DNA from: a virus
Taxonomy: Duplodnaviria; Caudoviricetes
Strand: one strand, 5' to 3'
DNA: 64,000 bases
IMG/VR virus record: IMGVR_UViG_3300021121_000001
Coordinates: 32,001 to 96,000 of that record
The notes beneath the pieces are model-generated. The model searched no databases and had not been told where the DNA came from. It saw nothing but the letters and a program-made list of their open reading frames with translations. This document shows, in pieces, positions 1 to 8,873 of the stretch. Every line of letters begins with the position of its first letter. The stretch's first letter is position 1. The translations under genes and the position numbers were made by a program.

Positions 1-798
1 AAAGTAATACATTAATTGATATTCTATTGCTCTTTGAATTACAGGATTGTCAGGAATAAGAGGAAGTCCTGTTTCTGGATCTTCAGGATAGGCATAATAT
101 TTAAGATATATTATTGGTTTTTCCAAAGTTGAATGTAAAAACCTGTTATTTCCTTGTTGGGTTATAGATATTTCATAAATAGATCTTGCAAATAAATTTT
201 TACAGTCTTTTTTACAAACATCTCCTGCTGCTGATTTTTTATTCTTCAGTCTGAGCATTATTGGATTTCTCCATGTGATTGTTCTTCCCTGAGGTATGAC
301 ATATTCTTTTATAGTTACTTTTTCAAGAATATTCTCATTATTGTTATTACAAGGAGTTGACTGGATGATTATACCATTACTTATAACATTTCTAATATCT
401 TGGGCAGGTGTATTGCATTCTCCTCCTATATCACAACTACTTGGTTTTGAAGGTCCTGATGCACATTCTTCTTTTTGTGAAATTATTTCATTTGTAGTTT
501 CACTGTACATAATAAAATTAGACTGCAAAATTGCTTCTGTGGTATCTGGCTGACTATCACAAAGCCAAGCAGAATCAAGAAGATAGAAATTACAAGGAAG
601 AGCAGCTTTATGATTTTCAAGAGTGACAATAGCTTCAACCATTTCATATGCTGCAATACCTAACTTATTGATGATTAACTTAATTTCTGCATAAAATCTT
701 CCTGAATCTAATGTACCATTAGAAGTGTAAGAGGAGAGCTGATCTTCTATCTTTGCTATAATTTGATCACAGGGAACTAAGTTATATTCTGCTGACAT
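1..798 (-). CDS. crAss-like tail ring/tubular protein (3' end beyond window)
   Basis: Hand-translated ORF open from ATG 798 to the window edge (MSAEYNLVPCDQIIAKIEDQL...YLKYYAYPEDPETGLPLIPDNPVIQRAIEYQLMYYF). The YY-x-x-P-x-D-x-x-x-G-x-P-x-IPD motif and the position after the IHF-like gene match crAss tail ring proteins. Confidence 0.7.
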   Translation of the reverse strand, partial: MSAEYNLVPCDQIIAKIEDQLSSYTSNGTLDSGRFYAEIKLIINKLGIAAYEMVEAIVTLENHKAALPCNFYLLDSAWLCDSQPDTTEAILQSNFIMYSETTNEIISQKEECASGPSKPSSCDIGGECNTPAQDIRNVISNGIIIQSTPCNNNNENILEKVTIKEYVIPQGRTITWRNPIMLRLKNKKSAAGDVCKKDCKNLFARSIYEISITQQGNNRFLHSTLEKPIIYLKYYAYPEDPETGLPLIPDNPVIQRAIEYQLMYYF

Positions 799-1412
799 TT
801 TTTCTTTTTTTCTTTTAGTATTTTACGTTCTTCTCTATCTCTTTTTTTGGTTTCTCTAAAATCTGAAAACTGCCATTCGTAATATTCTTTTCCTTCTATT
901 ATCTTCTTAGAAAGTTTTTGTCTAATATCTATAGTGGTTTTTACTTCATATGCCGGAGCTTTATCAAAAGTACAGTTTTTTGAATTGAACCAAATTATTC
1001 TGTACAAATAAAAGAAAGAATGCAAATTTACATGATAGGATTTACCTTCTGCTGTAAATTTTTTATAATACTCCAGAGATTTAGTATATCTTTTGATATA
1101 CATTTCTTTCACCTGATCTGTAAGTTTTGGATTATTCATAATGGATTCAATTCTTTCCTGCTTATCTCCCCTGAGACACTTAGGAAGATATTTTGAAACT
1201 ATTATCACTCCATTATCTTTTATTTTAAATCCATCTGCATTGTTTATTATCCAGTCTCCTAAAAGTTTGTTGTTTATTTTACAAATTTTTATAATATCAC
1301 GATCTGGTAATTGAAATTTTTTAAGTTTCAGTTTTTCTCTGATCCTATTGCAAAGCTCTTTATTAACTATATTTGTTTCTGATTTTTTGTAATATGTTTT
1401 TTTACTGTCCAT
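777..1412 (-). CDS. crAss-like IHF/HU-related DNA-binding protein
   Basis: 211 aa, basic. GFKIKDNGVIIV and HVNLHSFFYLYRIIW segments; conserved crAss position next to tail ring genes. Confidence 0.55.
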   Translation of the reverse strand: MDSKKTYYKKSETNIVNKELCNRIREKLKLKKFQLPDRDIIKICKINNKLLGDWIINNADGFKIKDNGVIIVSKYLPKCLRGDKQERIESIMNNPKLTDQVKEMYIKRYTKSLEYYKKFTAEGKSYHVNLHSFFYLYRIIWFNSKNCTFDKAPAYEVKTTIDIRQKLSKKIIEGKEYYEWQFSDFRETKKRDREERKILKEKKKKCQQNIT

Positions 1413-2160
1413 TTCTTGTATTTTGTAAATCTCTTTGGTTTGTTTTATCTGAAGGACTTGTGTTCATATTAGGATATTGATCCTCTGTAAGGGATACATA
1501 TATCTTGGTAAGTCTATTAAGTAATTCTTTTTTTACATCATTCAAAAGATAAAAAGGAGCTACAATTTCATAATCCAATGGAGATTTACACAAATCTATG
1601 TCTTTACAGTCATAGCAATCTGATGTTCTTTTAAACAACTCCACTTCATGCTTATCTATAAAATATGCCTCCATTCTAACTTGTTCAATAGCCAGATCTA
1701 CATTTTTAGGTATAGGTATATACAAATAACCATCAATAAAAAAATAATAATACTTATTCCTATCCTTATACTGTCTCTTCTGTATACTAACCCATTGCCT
1801 GGGTGTAACAGGATCGAAAGAATAAGAAAAATTAGGAGAAGATACATGTTTGATTATATTTCCAAAACTATAAGTGTAAGTGGCAGGAAGTCTTTTTACA
1901 GATCTCATCATTCTGTCACATATTCTAACATCTACATCAGGACAGGAAATTGTTGGAACTTCTTCTAATTCAATGCCTTGTATTTCAGTCCAGCCTTCAG
2001 CAAGTCTTTGCAATTTCCTTTTTGCATCCTGATCTTTCTTTAAAAAATCTGCTACAATATTTATGGTTTCATAATACACAAATCTTGGAGGAATATAGCT
2101 ATCTGCTGAGATTTGCTTTATCTCTGTTTGTATATCATTAACAAATTGTCTGTAAGTCAT
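1402..2160 (-). CDS. crAss-like tail ring/structural protein
   Basis: ORF track 1402..2220; likely start ATG 2160 (MTYRQFVND). YYYFFIDGYLYIP motif; structural operon context. Confidence 0.55.
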   Translation of the reverse strand: MTYRQFVNDIQTEIKQISADSYIPPRFVYYETINIVADFLKKDQDAKRKLQRLAEGWTEIQGIELEEVPTISCPDVDVRICDRMMRSVKRLPATYTYSFGNIIKHVSSPNFSYSFDPVTPRQWVSIQKRQYKDRNKYYYFFIDGYLYIPIPKNVDLAIEQVRMEAYFIDKHEVELFKRTSDCYDCKDIDLCKSPLDYEIVAPFYLLNDVKKELLNRLTKIYVSLTEDQYPNMNTSPSDKTNQRDLQNTRNGQ

Positions 2161-2244
2161 ACCATTTGAGTATTTGGAAATTAATATATAAAAAAAAGGT
2201 GAAGATTTAAATTTCTTCACCTATTTCAGTTAAATTTATTAAGC

Positions 2245-3594
2245 TTATTTCTTTACAATATAATTAAATTCTGCTATCTGTCCTTCTTCTTTATGGAATA
2301 TAATAGCATTTGCCATTCTCTTAGCTCCATAATAATTGTTTTCATTATGCCATGCATCCATTACAGAAAGAGAATTCAATCTTCTTAAAACAACTCCTCC
2401 CACTTCATTTTCTGTTAAAAACACCTTTTTAGAGGTTTTATGAAGATGTCCAAGATAGATGTATCTGTATAGAGAACTTGAGAAATAGTCTGGTTTTTCC
2501 ACTGCAAATGTCAAAGGAAGACCATCATCTTTACAATCTCCATGAGTAAGCATATAACTTGTTACACCATATTTGTGGTATTTTCTAATATGGGGATCAT
2601 TAACTATTTCTACGTCTTTATCTTTTCTATAAAATGCTTTAAGAGATTCTCCAAGGTAGAAAGAAGTGGCTTTATCGTGATTACCCTGCACTATGAATAA
2701 TTTAACTTTAACTCCTTTAAAAGAAGATAGGTAATCTACAGCTTCTGTAAGAATTTCCAATCCTCTCATGTAAATTTTCTGATACCTTGTATCAACATCA
2801 TTCATAATAGTTCCATTGGCTGTCTGATTGTTGGATCCATTTGTATGAAGAAAATCACCTCCTATATTAAGAATAAATTCCTCTACTGAAAAACATCTTG
2901 TAGCTTGTATTGCAAGATTTTTAAGAGAATTCATAAAAACCTCTTTTGCAATATCTACATTGAAATCTGCTCCAACTTCTTTATCCCATGCTAGTTTTCC
3001 TACATGCAGATCAGACAAGTTCAAGAGGACAGAAGTGGTTTTTGGCTCATTTGAAGTTGGAATTGGAGAAGCCGGAGAGCTTAAAAGTTTAAGTTGATAT
3101 GTATCTATAAATTCCTTAAATAGTTTTTGATAATCAACTGCGTGTTCTGGTTTTATAGAAAGAAGAGAAACAGTTATTGCATATTTACCGGAAAAAGAAG
3201 TTTTATGGTAGATTTGATTAATTCTATACTTCTTTGTATCTATTTTGAAATGTTCTATTATTTCTTGATCTGTAGGAATATCATCTGCTGTAAATGTAAA
3301 TTCTTTTGTTCCCTGTTCTTTATTCTCATTTCCAGAAATATAAGAAAATGCTCCTTTTATAGTGGAATCTATATTATTTTTAATTGTGGTGAAAATACCT
3401 GATTTTTCTTTTCTTTTTCTAAGTTTAGAAAATCTACTTCTAACATATTCAGAATCAAGTGTTTCAATCTGTGCATTTTTAGAAATAATATCTTTTGTTA
3501 CTTCTTGCCAGGAAAACCCAGAGGTTTCTCTTTTTGCTTGTATTTTATCAAAGTTTTCTTTCAGATATGAATCTACAAGTTTTATTTTTTCCAT
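2245..3594 (-). CDS. Calcineurin-like metallophosphoesterase with N-terminal extension
   Basis: All five motifs present: SDLH, GGDFLH, GNHD, THGD, GHLH. Confidence 0.9.
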   Translation of the reverse strand: MEKIKLVDSYLKENFDKIQAKRETSGFSWQEVTKDIISKNAQIETLDSEYVRSRFSKLRKRKEKSGIFTTIKNNIDSTIKGAFSYISGNENKEQGTKEFTFTADDIPTDQEIIEHFKIDTKKYRINQIYHKTSFSGKYAITVSLLSIKPEHAVDYQKLFKEFIDTYQLKLLSSPASPIPTSNEPKTTSVLLNLSDLHVGKLAWDKEVGADFNVDIAKEVFMNSLKNLAIQATRCFSVEEFILNIGGDFLHTNGSNNQTANGTIMNDVDTRYQKIYMRGLEILTEAVDYLSSFKGVKVKLFIVQGNHDKATSFYLGESLKAFYRKDKDVEIVNDPHIRKYHKYGVTSYMLTHGDCKDDGLPLTFAVEKPDYFSSSLYRYIYLGHLHKTSKKVFLTENEVGGVVLRRLNSLSVMDAWHNENNYYGAKRMANAIIFHKEEGQIAEFNYIVKK

Positions 3595-3611
3595 TTTTTA
3601 TGCTTTGTTTA

Positions 3612-3619
3612 CAAATATA
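3612..3619 (-). promoter_or_regulatory. Bacteroidota-type -7 promoter element (TATATTTG) for the metallophosphoesterase gene
   Basis: TAnnTTTG consensus 17 nt upstream of ATG 3594. Confidence 0.55.
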
Positions 3620-3627
3620 GTGTTTTT

Positions 3628-4062
3628 CTAATTGGTATTATTAGAATTTAACAATTTAATTTTATTATTTATAATTTCAAGGATTGCTTCTTTAGAAAAT
3701 GTATTCACCTGTCTGTTCGTAAGTCTAATTGGTTCATACCCTTCTTTTCTCAATCTTTTTGTTCTTAGATTATCTTTCTTTATACCTTGTTTTGTAAAAT
3801 GTCCACTTCCATCAATTTCTATAAAAATTGAATGATCAATTAATAAAAAATCAAGAATATACAATTCCAAGCATTTGACAATGACAGGTTTTTGAAATTC
3901 AAAAGCAAAGCCAAATTCTTTTAAATACTCCAGCACTATTTTTTCTTCAGGGGTGCTTTTCTTTTTTAGTTGTGTTGCATGTGCTTTTCCTACTTTGACA
4001 AGAAAATCATACCTTTCCTGGTTTGTGTATTTTGACTTTTTTTTAACAGATTTTTTTGCCAT
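3628..4062 (-). CDS. DUF559/Vsr-like endonuclease
   Basis: STPEEKIV...FEFQKP...YILDF...IEIDGSGH...KDNLRT...GYEPIRLTN is the typical DUF559 pattern. Confidence 0.85.
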   Translation of the reverse strand: MAKKSVKKKSKYTNQERYDFLVKVGKAHATQLKKKSTPEEKIVLEYLKEFGFAFEFQKPVIVKCLELYILDFLLIDHSIFIEIDGSGHFTKQGIKKDNLRTKRLRKEGYEPIRLTNRQVNTFSKEAILEIINNKIKLLNSNNTN

Positions 4063-4077
4063 AAAATTACTTAATTA

Positions 4078-4085
4078 CAAACTTA
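4078..4085 (-). promoter_or_regulatory. Bacteroidota -7 element (TAAGTTTG) for the DUF559 gene
   Basis: Consensus match 15 nt upstream of ATG 4062. Confidence 0.55.
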
Positions 4086-4176
4086 ATGCTTATATTTGTG
4101 TATTCATAATTCATCAAAGTAGATAATTAAAATAATTATTTTTACTTATAGATTTGGAAATATGATTAATGTTTTG

Positions 4177-4184
4177 TAAGTTTG
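4177..4184 (+). promoter_or_regulatory. Bacteroidota -7 element (TAAGTTTG) with upstream TTTG, driving a putative sRNA
   Basis: TTTG at about 4153, roughly 20 nt upstream of TAAGTTTG; no ORF downstream. Confidence 0.55.
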
Positions 4185-4189
4185 TATTA

Positions 4190-4335
4190 TAGTAATTACT
4201 TGTTTGCCGAAACAAATAGTAACACTAGAAAACTGATATATTCAAATTATTATAAATTTTCTAGTTCTCTCACTGGTTTCGGACTTTGAGGGAACTTTGA
4301 ACCTGCCCCAAGTACATACTACTTGGGGTTTTTTA
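4190..4335 (+). ncRNA. Putative ~145 nt structured small RNA
   Basis: Upstream promoter; stems ACTAGAAAA/TTTTCTAGT and GTTCTCTCA/TGAGGGAAC; CCGAAAC/GTTTCGG complementarity; ends in an intrinsic terminator. Confidence 0.45.
4306..4335 (+). terminator. Intrinsic terminator
   Basis: CCCCAAGTA-catac-TACTTGGGG followed by TTTTTT. Confidence 0.8.
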
Positions 4336-4573
4336 TTCCCCGCCTGGAAGCAGTGTTAATTTTTTGATTAATTACAAAATAGGTTTGAAATAGCACCTTA
4401 AAGGTTACTCCTGTATATAGCCTAAAGCTTTTGAAATTTTTCCAAATGAATAAACGCCACCACTTTAGATCTCTATGAACAGTATGTCCAAATTTGTCTC
4501 AAAAGAGGTAGACTCTCTAAAATAAAAATTTCCTGGGGTGGCGATTTCTTCAATTTTTTGATGGAGGTAAAAC

Positions 4574-4613
4574 TATAAAACCCCCTAATTAATAAAAATC
4601 AGGAGGTTTTATA
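4574..4613 (-). terminator. Hairpin terminator after the basic peptide genes
   Basis: TATAAAACCCCCT...AGGAGGTTTTATA inverted repeat. Confidence 0.55.
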
Positions 4614-4629
4614 AGTTCTTGAGAATAGA

Positions 4630-4944
4630 TTAGCTATTCGCTCCTTTCTTTTTTCCTTGTACAGCACCATATGCTCTTATTCCTCCCACTCTTTTTGCAG
4701 GAGTTCCTGTAGCACCACCAGTCTTATACTTTTTCATTGCTTTCTTTTTGCCACCAAACTTAGCCATCATTTGAGCTGTTTGAGATCCTTCAGGACCTGG
4801 AGGAGGACCTTGTTGAGCCATTGGAGGCATAGGAGGAGCCATTGGAGGAGCCATTGGAGCTTTCCTAGCAGGAGCAGATTTCTTCATCATCTTTTTAGGA
4901 GCTGATTTTTTTGCTGCTGATTTTTTCATCATTTTCTTTTTCAT
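4630..4944 (-). CDS. Lys/Ala/Met/Pro-rich basic (histone H1-like) protein
   Basis: MKKKMMKKSAAKKSAPKK repeats, PMAP repeats and two K..GG motifs; start coupled to the upstream peptide by an ATGA overlap. Confidence 0.75.
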   Translation of the reverse strand: MKKKMMKKSAAKKSAPKKMMKKSAPARKAPMAPPMAPPMPPMAQQGPPPGPEGSQTAQMMAKFGGKKKAMKKYKTGGATGTPAKRVGGIRAYGAVQGKKKGANS

Positions 4945-5081
4945 TTCTTTGTTTTTTTCTTTGTTACTAATTTTTTTGTTTTACTTGTTGACGTTTCTTT
5001 AGATGCAAATTTTTCACCGAGCTTAAAAGCTTTCTTTGCTTTTGCAGCAGGTGTGAGTCTTTTTTTTATTACTTTTTTCAT
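4941..5081 (-). CDS. 46 aa Lys-rich basic peptide (not in ORF track)
   Basis: Hand-translated MKKVIKKRLTPAAKAKKAFKLGEKFASKETSTSKTKKLVTKKKTKK; its TGA overlaps ATG 4944. Confidence 0.7.
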   Translation of the reverse strand: MKKVIKKRLTPAAKAKKAFKLGEKFASKETSTSKTKKLVTKKKTKK

Positions 5082-5117
5082 TTTGAATAATTAAATATAA
5101 GGAATTTTTTAAAAATT

Positions 5118-5153
5118 AAAAAAATCCCCTGATGTATTTCTACATTCAGGGGA
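5118..5153 (-). terminator. Intrinsic terminator
   Basis: TCCCCTGA-TGTA...TACA-TTCAGGGGA hairpin with a T-run on the minus strand. Confidence 0.75.
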
Positions 5154-5188
5154 CAAACCAAATATAGAGAGAAAAGAACAATATTTTG

Positions 5189-5491
5189 TTACTTCTTGAT
5201 AATTGGAGATTGTACTTCTGTTACCAAATCAGATAACTTAGAAGAGTCAAGATCACTAACCGGAATAGTGAATGAAGAGCCTACATCTGCTGTTTTGTAA
5301 ATAGCATTTCCGCCTTCATCTATTGTAATAATAAAGAAGTTTTCCTGAGCCACGTTTGTGGGTCTCTTAGATTTTACGTCATCTATTACAGTCTGTAATT
5401 TAGTTAGTGAAGTATTCTGCTTGCTTGCTCTTTTATCAGGGGTGTTTGCTATTGTCAAATCCCATGAAGTGATTATTATTTTGAATGCCAT
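5189..5491 (-). CDS. Hypothetical protein (possible fibre chaperone)
   Basis: 100 aa ORF directly after the spike gene. Confidence 0.65.
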   Translation of the reverse strand: MAFKIIITSWDLTIANTPDKRASKQNTSLTKLQTVIDDVKSKRPTNVAQENFFIITIDEGGNAIYKTADVGSSFTIPVSDLDSSKLSDLVTEVQSPIIKK

Positions 5492-5501
5492 TTTTTTTAT
5501 T

Positions 5502-7886
5502 TTAAACTGTTATTTGTGTTGGAAAAGTAAATGCTCCAGAACTAAGGAGGGCTAAGTAATGCTGCCCAAATACTTCATCGTACATAGATTTGGTCGGTGT
5601 AGTCGTTTGCATATCAGCACTTGGATTAATTGTAAATGAAATTACCTCATCTATAAAGTTGTGGGATTGTATCTCTGCTGTTATATCGCAGTTTTGCACA
5701 CTACCTACGATGTCAATACAAGGCTGACCGCTATTATTGAAGAATTTGTTACCTGTGCTGTTTGTAATGTCGGTGAGGGTGTTGTTTGCTATGATATTAT
5801 ATTGGTTGTTTGCAATATTGCCAACCATAACATTACTATCTATCAAATTGCAATTGTTTTGGTTAATACCTCTAGCTACTTGATTTTCACTGATTGAATT
5901 TCCAACATTACTTGCAATATTACCAGCGGTTATTGTGTTGCTCAGTATGTACGTGCAATTATTATGAACGATTTGACCAGATATGTTGTTGTCATTTAAC
6001 AGATAAAAACTGTTGTTGCCTTGTATTTTTTCTGAAACTGTATTCCCAGAAAGTTGAACCCCTACATTTTCCGTTATATCTCCTGCAATATTATTATCTA
6101 ATCTCCCTACGATATTACTGCTTATAGAACCGCATGTATTTCCTAATATTGTTATGCCCGAATTGCCCCTTATTACTCCTGCATTGGAATTTGAACTTAT
6201 AACATAAACATTATTTTCAAATATACTGTTTGTATTAGAATTGGAGTTTATAATTATTCCAATATTGTTAGTTATAAAACCAGCATTAGTATTATTGGTT
6301 ATCTCATCAACTTGATTTTCGTTTATCTCTCCCGTATTTGAATTTGTATCAATTACTACTCCAAAATTATTAGTTATATTTCCAACGTTCGTGTTATTGG
6401 TTATATTGACAACATTGTTAGAGCCAATATCGCCACTATTCGTATTGTTTTGAATAATCGAGCCGACATTATTTAAAATACCTCCACTATTTGAGTTGTT
6501 TTCAATCAGATTACCAATAGTATTGTTTATAATATCTCCACCGCTAGTGTTATAGTTTATGTTATTGGCAATATTGTTTTGGATATTCCCAGAAATCATG
6601 TTTGAGTTTATGCTATTAGATATATTCCCGCTTAATTTAGCACAAGTGTTGTCTGATATTGTATCAGTAATATTACCTAGAATTTGGCTACAAACATTGT
6701 TTGTTATAAATGCAAATCCCTGATTGCCAATTATATTAATAGGGTCGCCATTATTATTATTACCCAATAAAAGTGAGCCAGAATTATATTGCAATTGGTT
6801 TATTGTGTTTTGATAACAAACAGAAATAATATTACCCGTTATAATCCCTATGTTTGTATCAATAATATTATTATTTTGAAAAGTACCAATATTATTATTC
6901 TGAAATGCACCTTGACCTAAATTAACAAAATTTAGTCCAGATACATTTATTTGATTATTCGTATTTGAATCACAAATTACCGTGTCATAAGCTATGGAAT
7001 TATAATTAGACTCGCCTAATTCCCCAGCCCCCTCAGTATATTCAGAATATGTAGAGCCATATGCAATATTTACCTGTAAACCTATACAGCCATTTCCAAC
7101 ATTAATTACAAAGTTGTCCAACCAATATGGTGAGCCATTCAAAAATTGATTTGCCGCCAATGGGCTTTTTATATATACGTTCTGTAAACCTCCAGTGTTC
7201 CAAAAGCAACCTATCTCAATATGACTTGCTCCAGATACAGGTTGAACAGACCAATAATTACCATTACCAACGGATGTCTCCCATCTCCAAAAAACTACAT
7301 TCCTCCAATCATAATCCCTAGCAACTTGATTCAAAGTGTCTTCTCTATAAGTTATTACACCTTTTCCTCCATTACTGGAATTTAATCCATCATAAAAACC
7401 ATCCATGACATCTGGTACATAATGTATAATATCCTGAGGGTAAGAAAGAGATTCTGCCATAGGAGATATGCTGGAAGGACTTGTAACTGTAACCAAAAGC
7501 TGCTCCGGTGTTCCGGCGTGAGGGATTTCTCCACCTATTCCTCCAGGACCTGTACCACTAAATTGTATATAGTGTACAGTTTGATAATCTGTAATAAGTA
7601 TTTTAGATCCTGGAATAAGAGTTCCTGAATTAAGTTTTGTAAGAAATTCTGAATACAGCATTTCAAAAACAGGAAAAGCTGGATTGGTCCATGTTCCTGT
7701 TTGATTTAGATATAAACTTGGATTTCCCTGGGGAGAGATTCCAAGACATTTCATTACTGTTTTGCAAAATGTACCATCGCAATTTGCACAATCATATAAA
7801 AGTCTATAAAGTTTTTCTCCATAATATCTACCAAAAGTAGCGTATATGGAAGACCTCTTCATTGGGTCTACATTTAATTCTGCCAT
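5502..7886 (-). CDS. Asn-rich beta-solenoid tail spike/fibre protein
   Basis: 794 aa. N-terminal fibre-like domain (LIPGSKILITDYQT), then a long I-x-x-N repeat region. Confidence 0.65.
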   Translation of the reverse strand: MAELNVDPMKRSSIYATFGRYYGEKLYRLLYDCANCDGTFCKTVMKCLGISPQGNPSLYLNQTGTWTNPAFPVFEMLYSEFLTKLNSGTLIPGSKILITDYQTVHYIQFSGTGPGGIGGEIPHAGTPEQLLVTVTSPSSISPMAESLSYPQDIIHYVPDVMDGFYDGLNSSNGGKGVITYREDTLNQVARDYDWRNVVFWRWETSVGNGNYWSVQPVSGASHIEIGCFWNTGGLQNVYIKSPLAANQFLNGSPYWLDNFVINVGNGCIGLQVNIAYGSTYSEYTEGAGELGESNYNSIAYDTVICDSNTNNQINVSGLNFVNLGQGAFQNNNIGTFQNNNIIDTNIGIITGNIISVCYQNTINQLQYNSGSLLLGNNNNGDPINIIGNQGFAFITNNVCSQILGNITDTISDNTCAKLSGNISNSINSNMISGNIQNNIANNINYNTSGGDIINNTIGNLIENNSNSGGILNNVGSIIQNNTNSGDIGSNNVVNITNNTNVGNITNNFGVVIDTNSNTGEINENQVDEITNNTNAGFITNNIGIIINSNSNTNSIFENNVYVISSNSNAGVIRGNSGITILGNTCGSISSNIVGRLDNNIAGDITENVGVQLSGNTVSEKIQGNNSFYLLNDNNISGQIVHNNCTYILSNTITAGNIASNVGNSISENQVARGINQNNCNLIDSNVMVGNIANNQYNIIANNTLTDITNSTGNKFFNNSGQPCIDIVGSVQNCDITAEIQSHNFIDEVISFTINPSADMQTTTPTKSMYDEVFGQHYLALLSSGAFTFPTQITV

Positions 7887-8143
7887 TATTGTTCTGTTTT
7901 TTGTTCTTGTTTCTTTGGTGTAAATTTGTCTGCAACTGTAGCTCCTGTCAGAGCTGCTACAAGTAATAAAAATCCATTAAACACATCAACTGCATATCTG
8001 TTTATTTCTTTAGCAATAAAAAAATCAGAAGTGACAATATAAGCACCAAGTATAACAGCAATGACAAAAGAAGAAAGCATTGTTAGAGATTTCCTGCTCC
8101 ACTTACCATCCGGGGATTTTAATGTATCATCAATTATTTTCAT
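7886..8143 (-). CDS. Putative holin (2 TM segments)
   Basis: Two hydrophobic helices, charged C-terminus, located in the lysis cassette. Confidence 0.6.
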   Translation of the reverse strand: MKIIDDTLKSPDGKWSRKSLTMLSSFVIAVILGAYIVTSDFFIAKEINRYAVDVFNGFLLLVAALTGATVADKFTPKKQEQKTEQ

Positions 8144-8424
8144 GACTTTTTATATTTATCATATTTCTGACTTGTTCCTGTATCAGGAAGAATTGCTTCA
8201 GCTCCTATAAAATTGTATGTAGTTTTTTTGTCAAATGGTTTATTTTGAAGATTTAAAATGTAGTCATGTTTGCCCACCATTATTTTTAAATTTTCAACAT
8301 CTTTCATAGTGTCTTTAAAGTCTTTGTGCATATCCATTACTAAGTAGGAAACTATGCCAAATAATATTGTATTAATGTAATCTTTTAATACTAATTTCGC
8401 CATCGGGTTTTGGTTTATTATCAT
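8140..8424 (-). CDS. Small membrane protein (holin/antiholin-like)
   Basis: One TM segment (ILFGIVSYLVM) plus coiled coil, between endolysin and holin. Confidence 0.5.
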   Translation of the reverse strand: MIINQNPMAKLVLKDYINTILFGIVSYLVMDMHKDFKDTMKDVENLKIMVGKHDYILNLQNKPFDKKTTYNFIGAEAILPDTGTSQKYDKYKKS

Positions 8425-8867
8425 TTAGTGAAATATAAATTTGCTTCTGCTTGTCGCCTTCGTACCAATCCAGGAAGCTGTTTACTTCCTGCATATATCC
8501 ATTTTTGAAATTCCTGTAATATACTTGGATCATTTGGATTGATATTTACTTTTTTCAAAAGGGTGCTTCCGGATAATGCAAGTGCTCCTAAATTATAAGT
8601 GAAAGAAACCAATGCATCAAACTGATGTTGGTTTATTTGACTTTTAACCAAAGAAGTTACACTTGTTTCAAATTTTGGCAAAGTTAATAAAAAAAGATCA
8701 TCTGCTCCTTTTTGACTTATCACATCTCCTATTTTAACTTTTGTTCCATCTGCATATCTTGTAGATCCCCAGCCTATTGTTGCTACATTTACAGAATCTA
8801 AATAAGCTTCCAATCTGCAAGATTCAAAAGATTTAATAAGATTTATTCCCTCCTGGCTGGTTTTCAT
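8421..8867 (-). CDS. Endolysin, GH24 phage lysozyme
   Basis: E-x8-D-x5-T triad (FESCRLEAYLDSVNVATIGWG), FDALVSFTYNLG, GLVRRRQAE. Confidence 0.95.
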   Translation of the reverse strand: MKTSQEGINLIKSFESCRLEAYLDSVNVATIGWGSTRYADGTKVKIGDVISQKGADDLFLLTLPKFETSVTSLVKSQINQHQFDALVSFTYNLGALALSGSTLLKKVNINPNDPSILQEFQKWIYAGSKQLPGLVRRRQAEANLYFTK

Positions 8868-8873
8868 ACTTTT

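Noticed and set aside
5502-7886. Diversity-generating retroelement target or template
   Set aside because: No reverse transcriptase and no TR/VR repeat pair in the window; the Asn richness is explained by the solenoid repeat.
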